Assembly (NCBI GenBank): GCA_038889075.1
Contig: JAWAHS010000012.1
Span: 1-45,148, forward strand
Length of the DNA stretch: 45,148 nucleotides
Reading direction: 5' to 3'
DNA from: Ignisphaera sp.
GTDB lineage: Archaea; Thermoproteota; Thermoprotei_A; Sulfolobales; Ignisphaeraceae
Made by a program: the position numbers and the translations under genes. Shown here piece after piece: positions 19,670-28,767 of this stretch (its first letter is position 1; the number at the start of each line of letters is the position of its first letter). The notes under the pieces are model-generated. The model ran no database searches. It was not told the DNA's origin and saw only the letters and a list, made by a program, of their open reading frames with translations.

Positions 19670-21538
19670 CTATATAGCTATATCCTCTATGTCTTTTGAC
19701 ATGTCTTTCCTTAAGTTGAACTCTGCCACCCTTCCACTATTCCATGATTTTACGGGTCTGTAGTACCCTACTATTCTACTCCACAGATCTATGGATGTTC
19801 CGCAGTTAGGGCATCTAGTAGCTCTTCCAACTATTCTGTATCCACATGATGGGCATACTGCTATGGTTGGTGTAACTGATATGTAAACTACATCGCTATT
19901 CTTTAATGTTCTCATTACAAATCTTGCTATGGTATCTGCGGATAGCTCTCTATCGATAAATACGTGCTTTATTACACCACCTGTAAACAGCTTCTGGCAC
20001 TGGGACTCTATCTCTAGCTGATGTCTTAGGTGGAGTGCTGTATATGGTGGTGATAGTTGGTTTGTGTAGAATGGCACTTTCTTACCCTCTACCTCACCAA
20101 CTGGTATGTATATCGATAGATCCTCAGATCTCGTCAGCTCCTTGGCAAACGCTACATCCTTCCAAGCAAGCTTTACACCAAGCGTCTCACCGGGAACCTC
20201 CTCAACGTTGTAGAGAACATCGTCGTACTCCTCAAATTCCTTTAACCTTGAATTCACATAGTTTAGAACATCGTTGTAGTGCTTAACTATCTGTGGTATA
20301 ATTGATGGCGATGCCTTTAGCCATAGATAGGGTTCGCCAAGCATTATCGAGGCGTACTCTGCCAACCCTATTAACCCAATAGTATTGTAGTAGAATTTGA
20401 ATGGGTTAACAGAGTCTATGTACTCCCTGGTCATTGGGTAGAGCCCTTCTGCAAATAGCTTCATATACATTGTTCTAAACCACATAAGGGTCTTTCTAGA
20501 GATTTCTAGAAGTTCATCGAGCTTATCCCACATAGCCTTATCATCACCGGTTCTTGCAATCATTGCAAGCCTCGGTAGGTTGATTACAACAACATTTATG
20601 GAGCCCACCGATGGCGGCATGTCCCATACACCCTTTGCTTGGTGTAGAACGTCTCTAACTCTAGACATGTCGCTTAGCAGTCTGCAGCAGAAGGAAAATA
20701 GATCCTCTGCCTTATGCCTATAGCCGTTTAGGAAATACATCTGCCCCGTCTTTGCAACCATCTGCCAGTAGAGATTCCACAGCTCCTCATCCTCTCTAAG
20801 ATACCTCTCGAAATCGCTATTAACAATAGATGTGGGTATGGGGAATGTAAATGGCTGCCCAACGGCATCACCTTCACTAAAAACCTCCGCAAAGGCCTTC
20901 AGAATCTTCCTAGTCTCTTCAATATAGTTTTCATACATATCTATAACAAATCTAAACCTCTTATCGCCAGAAGCTACAGGCATTGTTCTATAGAATTTGT
21001 TACTAAATGCAAACACTATATTGGTAAACGGGCTTTGTCCAGACTTCAGAGGGTAGTTGAGATTGTATACGAATCTCTGTATATTCTGCTTAACACTTCT
21101 ATAGTCGAGCCTATCCCTAGAGATGTATGGAGATAGCACAACATCGATACCGTAGAGACCAACGGCCCCCGTTCTCTCATGGCTAAACATATACGTTGCG
21201 TTAACAAGTTGATCAACAGCGGAATCGAGGTGTTTAGGAGGCTTTGAGATAACAGTTACGGTTTTCAGCCCACTCTCAATAATGGGTCTTGCATCGAGAC
21301 CTCCGCAGTAGGGTCTGGTTATAGAGCCATCCCTAAGCTTGTATATGTATATCCAGCCATCCTCGTGAAGTTTTACCGAATCCCTTGGAAGTATTCTCAT
21401 AGCCTCACTATATATAGCAGAGCCGAGTACATGTGACAGTAAACCGCTTACAGCCTTAGGCACGTTAGCATTATCCTTAACAGCCCATTCAAAACCCGAG
21501 AGATACTCCTCTAGGAGAGACTCAAGCTGTTGCAACAA
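19670..21538 (-). CDS. nrdD: Anaerobic (class III) ribonucleoside-triphosphate reductase, no ATP cone
   Basis: PYCGG, GQSPFTNI, FTFPIPT, FSFCCRL, CPSCG…CPNCG zinc site and WSRIVGYYRP glycyl-radical loop. Start set at TTG 21538/21535 after SD GGGTG. Confidence 0.95.
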   Translation of the reverse strand: MLQQLESLLEEYLSGFEWAVKDNANVPKAVSGLLSHVLGSAIYSEAMRILPRDSVKLHEDGWIYIYKLRDGSITRPYCGGLDARPIIESGLKTVTVISKPPKHLDSAVDQLVNATYMFSHERTGAVGLYGIDVVLSPYISRDRLDYRSVKQNIQRFVYNLNYPLKSGQSPFTNIVFAFSNKFYRTMPVASGDKRFRFVIDMYENYIEETRKILKAFAEVFSEGDAVGQPFTFPIPTSIVNSDFERYLREDEELWNLYWQMVAKTGQMYFLNGYRHKAEDLFSFCCRLLSDMSRVRDVLHQAKGVWDMPPSVGSINVVVINLPRLAMIARTGDDKAMWDKLDELLEISRKTLMWFRTMYMKLFAEGLYPMTREYIDSVNPFKFYYNTIGLIGLAEYASIMLGEPYLWLKASPSIIPQIVKHYNDVLNYVNSRLKEFEEYDDVLYNVEEVPGETLGVKLAWKDVAFAKELTRSEDLSIYIPVGEVEGKKVPFYTNQLSPPYTALHLRHQLEIESQCQKLFTGGVIKHVFIDRELSADTIARFVMRTLKNSDVVYISVTPTIAVCPSCGYRIVGRATRCPNCGTSIDLWSRIVGYYRPVKSWNSGRVAEFNLRKDMSKDIEDIAI

Positions 21539-21837
21539 ATAACACCCTTGCAACACATAACAAACGCTACAAATGATTATAGACACTGCCACTATATCTG
21601 TAGAGGGAGAGGATCGTAAGTGAAAGTAATACTCCTGTCGTACCACGAAGCACATACGGAAATGTGACCATAAAATCAGCATACTAATAAAAAATCAATT
21701 ATATAAAGAATACCTGGCAAAACGATTTAAACAGATATTTAATGAACCACTCTCCATGCTAGCCTCTATAGAATTCAAATCTATATAGCATACTAACAGT
21801 TTGATTTAATTGCATGTATGGACTTATTCATAAGGTG

Positions 21838-21963
21838 TTCAAGATGTGGGGTTTTGGGACACCCTTGAACATCCCTAGGCCCGATGAGAACCGGAGACTG
21901 ATGTGGGTAACGAAGATGGGCAAGGATACTAATCTATATAAACCAATACAAGGGCTAAACCCC
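21838..21963 (+). mobile_element. tnpB 3'-end (omegaRNA-like) remnant, copy B
   Basis: TCAAGATGTGGGG…CCGATGAG…AGACTGATG…AAACCAATAC…GCTAAACCCC, collinear with the reverse complement of 652-780. Confidence 0.6.
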
Positions 21964-22224
21964 ATCTATAGATATAACATATATTATCAGCTTCGAGAAA
22001 GGTGTAAAGAGGTAAAGATTTAAATATACTCAGATGTAGAAACCTTAAATGGGTAGGGTATATGTCTAAGAAATGTGGTAGGAGAGCAAAAGATAAAGAG
22101 AAGGAAAGGAAGGAGGGTCAATAGCTCGAACTAAAGGTCGCATCCCTATGCTAAACCATATATACACACCTTCACTTGAATTAATTTTTAATCTGTACAT
22201 TAATTAATAATTAATAATGCTGAT

Positions 22225-22282
22225 GGCTCAGCTGAAACCGGGATCAGATCATAGTTCAATTGGGTAACTCTTCATCATTGCC
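22225..22282 (-). ncRNA. C/D box sRNA (2'-O-methylation guide)
   Basis: GGC-a-ATGATGA (C)-AGAGTTACCCAA-TTGA (D')-act-ATGATCT (C')-GATCCCGGTTTCAG-CTGA (D)-GCC with a terminal stem. Guides are complementary to recalled 23S rRNA motifs GGGUAACUCU and CUGAAACCGGG. Confidence 0.85.
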
Positions 22283-22357
22283 GCATGAGCTGAATAAGGT
22301 CTACACTGCGATTTAGGTAATAGATTTACCCGATATGGGCTGTATTTACGAAGCTTC

Positions 22358-22437
22358 CAAGATGTGGATGTACAACGTAGAGCTATAACCTTTCATTAAA
22401 CTGAGGATCTTATCCTTTAGAGTGGGGAGGAGATCAG
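22358..22437 (+). mobile_element. Degenerate IS200/IS605 right end, copy E
   Basis: ATCTTATCCTTTAGAGTGGGGAGGAGATCAG resembles the recalled archaeal IS605 right end (…CTCGCCCTTTAGGGCGGGGAGGAGGTCAG); CAAGATGTGG at 22358 is shared with copies A/B. Confidence 0.55.
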
Positions 22438-22747
22438 GCCATCTCTACTATTTAATAGGCCTCTGAGACCTATGTTTCTATCAGTGCATCTTAGGCGTGT
22501 GGAGGAGTACTGTGAAAGCCTTTTCAATAGAAGGCGAGCTCTTTTGTAGCCCGTTTGAGAGCAACTGTTGGGTGGTAGATGGTGGCTCATTTATTTATAT
22601 CAATTTTCAGTTTCTCTACCATGTGCTGAGAAACGGTACGGCTACAAGATGGTGGTCAGCATGAAACTTGGAACAATTTTGTGAGGCGGTATTTCATATA
22701 GGTAAGGGTTTTTATTTTGATTGGAGGTGTATTAACTTTGGTGCTAT

Positions 22748-24091
22748 ATGTTGGATAGGGTTGTTGTAGTTGGTGGTGGTGCTGCTGGTGCTTCGGCTGC
22801 TGCTCGTGCTAGGAGGCTTGAGCCTCGTGTAGAGGTTGTATTGGTTGAGGCAAGTGGTATGATTACGCATGCTCCTTGTGCTATACCCTATGCTATTGCT
22901 GGCATTGCTGTAGGTGGTATGGTTACGTATACTGCTGATGAGTTTGAGAGGGAGAGAGGGATAAAGGTGCTGTTGAACGCTAGGGTTACGGATATCGATG
23001 TTGATAAGAGGGTTGTGTATATAGATAGGGGTGGTATGTATGAAAGATTAGCGTGGGGTAGACTTGTAATTGCTACAGGTGCTGCACCTTCCATCCCTAG
23101 GATACCGGGTACAGATTTGAAGGGGGTAGTTACACTGAGGCACCCAGCCTACATAGATGATATTAGGAGGGTTCTGGAGACTGCTAGCAGGGTAGCTATT
23201 GTCGGTGGTAGCTATCTAGGCATTGAGATGGCTGAGGCCTTACTGAGTATTGGTAAGAAGGTTCTACTTATAGAGAAGGAGAATAGACCCCTACCAACAG
23301 CTCTAGATAGCGACATGGGTGAGGTGGTTGCTAGGGAACTTATCTCTAGGGGTGTCGAACTCCATTTAGGTGAGAGTTTGACGGAGATTAGAGGTAGGGA
23401 TAGAGTTGAGAATATAGTAACGGATAGGGAAAGCTATAGTGTTGATGCAGTTATTCTTGCCACTGGTGTAAAACCGAATACAGAATTGGCGTTGAGAGCT
23501 GGTATAAGGTTAGGTTCAACGGGGGCTATACAGGTCAATGAGTATATGGAGACTAGCATAGATGGTGTATATGCAGCTGGTGATGTTGTTGAGAAGTTTC
23601 ATAGAGTTCTTAGGAAGAGTGTATGGATACCGCTAGCAACAACAGCTAATAAGGAGGGTCAGGTAGCTGGTGCAAATAGTGTTAGGGGAAGAGCCCTGAA
23701 ATTCCCAGGTGTGCTGGGTACCACTGTAACACGCTTCTTCAATCTCTATATAGCTAGAACGGGGCTGAGTACAAGGGAAGCTCTAGAGAATGGTTTAAAT
23801 GTTGAGAGTAGAACTGTAAAGGCTAGAACCAAGGCGCACTACTTTCCAGGAGCCTCAGAGGTATATGTTAAGCTTATTGCAGAGATGCCTAGTGGAAGGA
23901 TAGTTGGTGCACAAGTAGTTGGGTGGGATCATGCAGTAGCAAGCTACATAGACGTGGTAGCAGCGGCTATAGCCGGCGGCATGACCATAGATGATCTATT
24001 CTTTCTAGATATGGGATATACACCATCGACAGCACCGGTCTGGCATCCTCTAATAGTTGCTACCAGGGTACTATCAAGGGGAAGATTCTAG
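22748..24091 (+). CDS. CoA-disulfide reductase / NADH oxidase family flavoprotein
   Basis: GGGAAG FAD motif, HAPCAIPY single redox Cys, GGSYLGIE NAD motif, YAAGD, C-terminal YTPSTAPVWHP. Confidence 0.9.
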   Translation: MLDRVVVVGGGAAGASAAARARRLEPRVEVVLVEASGMITHAPCAIPYAIAGIAVGGMVTYTADEFERERGIKVLLNARVTDIDVDKRVVYIDRGGMYERLAWGRLVIATGAAPSIPRIPGTDLKGVVTLRHPAYIDDIRRVLETASRVAIVGGSYLGIEMAEALLSIGKKVLLIEKENRPLPTALDSDMGEVVARELISRGVELHLGESLTEIRGRDRVENIVTDRESYSVDAVILATGVKPNTELALRAGIRLGSTGAIQVNEYMETSIDGVYAAGDVVEKFHRVLRKSVWIPLATTANKEGQVAGANSVRGRALKFPGVLGTTVTRFFNLYIARTGLSTREALENGLNVESRTVKARTKAHYFPGASEVYVKLIAEMPSGRIVGAQVVGWDHAVASYIDVVAAAIAGGMTIDDLFFLDMGYTPSTAPVWHPLIVATRVLSRGRF

Positions 24092-24131
24092 GAAGATAGC
24101 AATATCGAGTATAGAGGTGGGTGTGTAAAAA

Positions 24132-24818
24132 TTATCTTCTATATGCCTTAGCAGCAGCTGATGCCATATCCGAGATTACCTTCTCTGGACTCTGAGCCTT
24201 CATTATTGCTGAAGCTACTAGAACACCTGCTGTTCCAAGTTTTATCGCAGCCTCTACATCCTCTGCAGTTGATATTCCTGCACCTGTTAATATTATTACC
24301 TCTCTATTCACTTCTCTTACCTTCTCTACGGTACCTGTTATCACCTCAGGTTTAGCCTTTGAAACAGCTATACCAGTTCCTATAAGTTCCGGTGGTTCAA
24401 CAGCTATAGCTGTAGGCTTTACGGCTGATACAGCAGCTGCTGCTATTGGTGTATCGGCACATACTAGAGTCTCTAAATTATATTTCTTTGCCTTCTCTAC
24501 TAGAGCTACAATCTCATCTAATCTAAGCCTATGCTCACTATGGTTTATGAGGATACCCTTGACACCCATATCCTTTAGAGCTACTATTGGTAGCCATCCT
24601 GTATAGGCACCAAATTCATATGGATCTGCATGCTGTACGTATACAGGTATCGATACCACTTCAGCTAGCTTTCTTATCTCCGTTGCAGGTGGAATCACTA
24701 TAACCTCTATGCCATACTCCCTAGCAGCCTTCTCGGCAGATTTTGCTATCTCTACTGCCTTAGACCCAAATGATGTATTGTATGTCTTGTAGTTTATTGC
24801 GAGTACGGGAACATTCAA
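24132..24818 (-). CDS. tpiA: Triosephosphate isomerase, archaeal type
   Basis: INYKTY, INHSEHR, AVEPPELIGTG, GAGIS, GVLVASA. Confidence 0.97.
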   Translation of the reverse strand: MNVPVLAINYKTYNTSFGSKAVEIAKSAEKAAREYGIEVIVIPPATEIRKLAEVVSIPVYVQHADPYEFGAYTGWLPIVALKDMGVKGILINHSEHRLRLDEIVALVEKAKKYNLETLVCADTPIAAAAVSAVKPTAIAVEPPELIGTGIAVSKAKPEVITGTVEKVREVNREVIILTGAGISTAEDVEAAIKLGTAGVLVASAIMKAQSPEKVISDMASAAAKAYRR

Positions 24819-24874
24819 ACTGAGTACACCAGGGGGTGCAACTGTATGTAAAAAATAAAAATTGGTTATCGTAA

Positions 24875-26032
24875 TTACTCGTGTAGGAGCTCTGTCTTTA
24901 CCTTTGGTCCCTTAACCTCGTATAGTCTTGCCTCCATAAATCTATTCTGGAGCTTCTGTAGCACGGCAGGTAGTGTGGTGTACTCCATCTCTTCAGGTCC
25001 TAGCCTATGTGGCATAAACGGTCCGTGTCTCCTCATGTAGTCAGCTATAGCCTGTGCCATTCTTCTAGATTCATCGAATGCTGGATCGTCAAATAGATCA
25101 GCTGGTCCTATCAGTCTAGCATTCTTTATCTGGAACCCTAGAGCAACTACCCTTGGTGGTCCATCGAATCTGGTGCACCTTGCATTCCTCTGACTTACGG
25201 GCATCAGTGGTCCAAAGTGGCTACCTCTCATCCAGCCAGCTACGAGGTGTGGAAATGCAAATGGTTCTAGAACTTCACCAACTGCTGGAAATCCTGACTG
25301 GGCACGAACTACAGCTACAGGGTCGTCCTTACCTACATACTGACCGGCAATTAGATTGAGTCTCTCAACAGCTACAACAGCTCCTATCTCATTATCACTC
25401 TTTCTGTAGACTTTCCTTACAACAAATCTTCCAGGTGTTCCAATAAGTGCTAGAATATCGTACAGCTCTTCGGGTGAATTCATAACAACATACTTTCCAG
25501 CCATAACATCATATATCTCAAACTTAAATCCGTCGTGAAGCTTTGGATCGATTACAAGACCTGCTGTTGTGAATGGATCTGCAAATACTCTAAATAGTGG
25601 CAGGTTGAATGCGCCAGGCTCAGTTTTATCAGCCATAAACACTATAACAGGTTCAGCTGGTCTTTCAACAAATTCCATCTCAGCAGCTGAAGGTCCTAGA
25701 CCCCTTACATTACCTGAGAACGCATCTGTTAGGAGATCTTGGCCTGCGGCATACAGCCCTAGATCCTTAGCAACCTTTGCAGCTTCTCTAAATGCATTCC
25801 ATGCTGTCTCGTGTACCTCTGGAGCATCTACACCCCGTCTATGGGTCATTATAAGCTCTAGATCGTCTCCCGTATGTGTTACATAGTAGTCTGCTATAAT
25901 TCCCTTACTCTTAGCCTCTGCAAGAACTTTGGCCGCAGCTGCCATTGTGTCTGGATGTACTACGTGGTGACCTGCTAGTGAGCCTATATCAGCTTTTATA
26001 ACGGATATTGTTGTCTTTACCTTCTCGGCCAT
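24875..26032 (-). CDS. fbp: Fructose-1,6-bisphosphate aldolase/phosphatase
   Basis: SVIKADIGSLAGHH, GLYAAGQDLL, DKTEPGAFN, YVGKDDP, GWMRGSH, EYTTLP. Confidence 0.97.
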   Translation of the reverse strand: MAEKVKTTISVIKADIGSLAGHHVVHPDTMAAAAKVLAEAKSKGIIADYYVTHTGDDLELIMTHRRGVDAPEVHETAWNAFREAAKVAKDLGLYAAGQDLLTDAFSGNVRGLGPSAAEMEFVERPAEPVIVFMADKTEPGAFNLPLFRVFADPFTTAGLVIDPKLHDGFKFEIYDVMAGKYVVMNSPEELYDILALIGTPGRFVVRKVYRKSDNEIGAVVAVERLNLIAGQYVGKDDPVAVVRAQSGFPAVGEVLEPFAFPHLVAGWMRGSHFGPLMPVSQRNARCTRFDGPPRVVALGFQIKNARLIGPADLFDDPAFDESRRMAQAIADYMRRHGPFMPHRLGPEEMEYTTLPAVLQKLQNRFMEARLYEVKGPKVKTELLHE

Positions 26033-26159
26033 CGAATAACACCTACAGGTAGGTTACTGTATTTAAAAACTATAAAGCTATCTATTTTAACTGAAAATTA
26101 CGAGTGTACCTAAAACATGTGAAGCTATCGATACAACATTCAATTACCGCAGTTCAGTG

Positions 26160-27971
26160 CTATTCTACATAGAAGTATTGGTTGAGGGCTCTCTGCTGTC
26201 TATCGAGATAGCTATCGGGTTTATTTATTCTAGGTCTTCCGTTATCCGGATCTCTCCTAACGGTTATACCCATAGATTTTAAAAAGCTATTCAGTACCTT
26301 AGCGACGGAATCTGGTGCACTTCCATAGCCCTCCCTACCAGGTACACCACTGAATACCATTAATCTATCCACAGAATAGTCGATGAGTAGGAAATTATGG
26401 TCTATAACAAAGATAGGGCTCTTTCTCAATCTGGCAATTCTCTTTATTGTTCTTGCTACCGAGAGCTGATCCTCTACATCGATATGCGATGACGGTTCGT
26501 CTAGGAGGTATACATCGGCATCTCTTATTAGAGTATAGGCTATGTAGAATTTCTGTAGCTCTCCACCGCTTAGAGACTCAAGCTCTTTACTCAATAGCCT
26601 ATCCACCCCTAGTCTCTTGACAACCTCTACATACAGCCAGCTATCCTCCTTTATAGCATCGCTATTTACACTCTTTAGGCACTCCAAAACTGTGTTGCAG
26701 TCCTTTACTACCCTTTCGAGGTACTGGGGCTTATAGCTCATCTTGAATGCTGTAGATGTGGTATAGCCTGTATCGGGCTCCAGCTCACCTACGAGAATCC
26801 TGATAAATGTCGTCTTGCCTATAGCATTAGGACCAACTATACCTATTACCTCACCTCTATAGGCTTGGCCCGGCTCAACATTTAATGTAAATCCGTCCAG
26901 CTTCTTCACAAGATTATCCCATACAAAGACAACCTCACTCGATTTTGCTATGTATCCATCTTCTCTAGCCTCGTGGAGCCTAAAGCTTATCTCCTCATCC
27001 CTGATCCTCATATTCTCTGATGGTAGAAACCCCTTTAGATAGTGGTCTATACCAGCCTTGGCCGTATAGACCTTTGAGAACATTCCATACGACCCAGGGA
27101 TGCCGAAAGCTATAGCGATAAGATCCGCTATATAGTCTAGAAACATTAGGTCGTGGTCTACGATAAATATGTAGCTATTTCTCGGCAGTAGCCTATCTAG
27201 AGCCATTAATACATGCAACCTCTCTCTAATATCCAGAAAACCTGTCGGCTCATCGAATATGTATACATTGGCATCTCTAAGAAGAGTAGCGGCAACTGCA
27301 AGTTTTTGAAGCTCACCACCGCTTAGCGTAGAGATATCCTTACCCAGCATGGGGTTTATATGGAGAGCGTCGATTACATCTCTATACATCCCTCTCTCAT
27401 CGATTCGCTTAAGTAACTCCTCTACTCTACCACTTCTAATGTACTTGGGTATCAGCTCGATATACTGAATCTTTTGGATAACCTTTAGCTGGCCCTGGTA
27501 TAGCTTACTGAAGTAGTCGTAGTATACAGTACCCTTGAACTTCTCTAGAACACGATCCCTAGAGGGTTCTATATCAAAGCGACCTATGTTTGGTATTAAG
27601 GATCCTGAGAGAATCTTCATAGCAGTTGATTTGCCAATACCGTTAGGACCTAGGATCCCGATTATCTTACCCTCAATAGGCATTGGGAGACCGTACAGCT
27701 TAAAGGCGTTCTGTCCATATCTGTGGACGAGATTTTCTTCTACCTCCTCTGGAAGGTTTACAACACTAATAGCCTTGTAGGGACACTTCTTAACACAAAT
27801 TCCACATGCTATACACTTCTCCTCATAGATTACTGGCTTCCCCTTCTTCTCCGTACTTAGTTCAATAGCTTTATAGGGCTTTGTTTTATTAATGGGGCAG
27901 AATCTTACGCAGGGAATGCCACATTTATCTGGATGGCACATCTCATAGTCTATTGTGGCTACCCTGGCCAT
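26160..27971 (-). CDS. ABCE1/Rli1 ribosome recycling ATPase
   Basis: N-terminal two-[4Fe-4S] domain (CHPDKC…CP; CIACGICVKKCP) and two ABC domains with LSGGELQ. Confidence 0.97.
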   Translation of the reverse strand: MARVATIDYEMCHPDKCGIPCVRFCPINKTKPYKAIELSTEKKGKPVIYEEKCIACGICVKKCPYKAISVVNLPEEVEENLVHRYGQNAFKLYGLPMPIEGKIIGILGPNGIGKSTAMKILSGSLIPNIGRFDIEPSRDRVLEKFKGTVYYDYFSKLYQGQLKVIQKIQYIELIPKYIRSGRVEELLKRIDERGMYRDVIDALHINPMLGKDISTLSGGELQKLAVAATLLRDANVYIFDEPTGFLDIRERLHVLMALDRLLPRNSYIFIVDHDLMFLDYIADLIAIAFGIPGSYGMFSKVYTAKAGIDHYLKGFLPSENMRIRDEEISFRLHEAREDGYIAKSSEVVFVWDNLVKKLDGFTLNVEPGQAYRGEVIGIVGPNAIGKTTFIRILVGELEPDTGYTTSTAFKMSYKPQYLERVVKDCNTVLECLKSVNSDAIKEDSWLYVEVVKRLGVDRLLSKELESLSGGELQKFYIAYTLIRDADVYLLDEPSSHIDVEDQLSVARTIKRIARLRKSPIFVIDHNFLLIDYSVDRLMVFSGVPGREGYGSAPDSVAKVLNSFLKSMGITVRRDPDNGRPRINKPDSYLDRQQRALNQYFYVE

Positions 27972-28041
27972 GGATGTGCATCACCTAGAAGTTAGCTGGC
28001 TTCTTAAAAAACATTGATTTGATTAAGGCATTTCGGATTTT

Positions 28042-28122
28042 CTACCACTCTTCTTCTTCCCATTCCTCTTCTTCTTCCCACCACTCTTCTTCCTCTTCTT
28101 CCCACTCCTCCTCTAGGAGCAT
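28042..28122 (-). CDS. 26-aa Glu/Trp micro-protein MLLEEEWEEEEEEWWEEEEEWEEEEW
   Basis: TATA-like TTTAATAA (~28168-28161), SD GAGGTG, ATG 28122, TAG 28044-28042; mixed GAA/GAG codons, frame intact. Confidence 0.75.
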   Translation of the reverse strand: MLLEEEWEEEEEEWWEEEEEWEEEEW

Positions 28123-28206
28123 CGTTAGCACCTCACATCTTAAAGCTTCACAGCACGGGGTTATTAAACATATCTTCTGTTACAACATATAGAATCAATA
28201 GATTTG

Positions 28207-28767
28207 CTACTCAATTAAAATACTATTACAGCCTGAAACCCCTATGAGAATCTCATTCAAATACCTCTCGAGACCTCCAGTATCGATATCCTTAGTCTTC
28301 TTAAAGACGCTCAGCACATCGATTATATGTAGAGTAGGCTTTTTAAGTACCTCATTCCAGGCTATAGTTACGCATCCACAGTCCCTAATGGTACCCCCTA
28401 TAGCATCAACCACTACATCAACCCCTAGATTTCCATCAAGCTCTTCAGACCCACTGTATACTACAACTATATGCCTATCGTCGTAGAGCTGTGGGGATAT
28501 ACTGTTTAGTATTGTTGATATCTGTCTCTCACTAAATAGTCTCACCATATACTCCAGCTCCATCTTCTTAGCAATATTTGTACCCCTATTAAATGAGGTA
28601 CGGGATGTGAGGAATGCTATTACATGACTCTGCCAGGGCATGTTGTAGAGCGATGTAGCTAGGCACTCTATCTTAGTAATACCAGCTTTAGCTAGCCTAC
28701 TACGTAGTTCTGAGCAGATCTCATCATATATATTGGAGCTACAGCGTATTGGTATTAGGAGTATCAG
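28207..28767 (-). CDS. cgi121: KEOPS complex subunit Cgi121
   Basis: SHVIAF…FNRGTNIAKKMELEYMVRL…RQIS motif; S17e/ThiS/ABCE1 neighbourhood. The frame is open 42 codons upstream of ATG 28641 to an SD-linked CTG. Confidence 0.75.
   Translation of the reverse strand: MILLIPIRCSSNIYDEICSELRSRLAKAGITKIECLATSLYNMPWQSHVIAFLTSRTSFNRGTNIAKKMELEYMVRLFSERQISTILNSISPQLYDDRHIVVVYSGSEELDGNLGVDVVVDAIGGTIRDCGCVTIAWNEVLKKPTLHIIDVLSVFKKTKDIDTGGLERYLNEILIGVSGCNSILIE

Noticed and set aside
19305-22023. ORFs 19305..19535 and 21814..22023 as real genes
   Set aside because: Better explained as residual reading frames of tnpB-like 3' ends; no RuvC or zinc-finger motifs remain.
22062-22124. 20-aa basic micro-ORF MSKKCGRRAKDKEKERKEGQ
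   Set aside because: Too short, weak SD, in a purine-rich tract; cannot be distinguished from chance.
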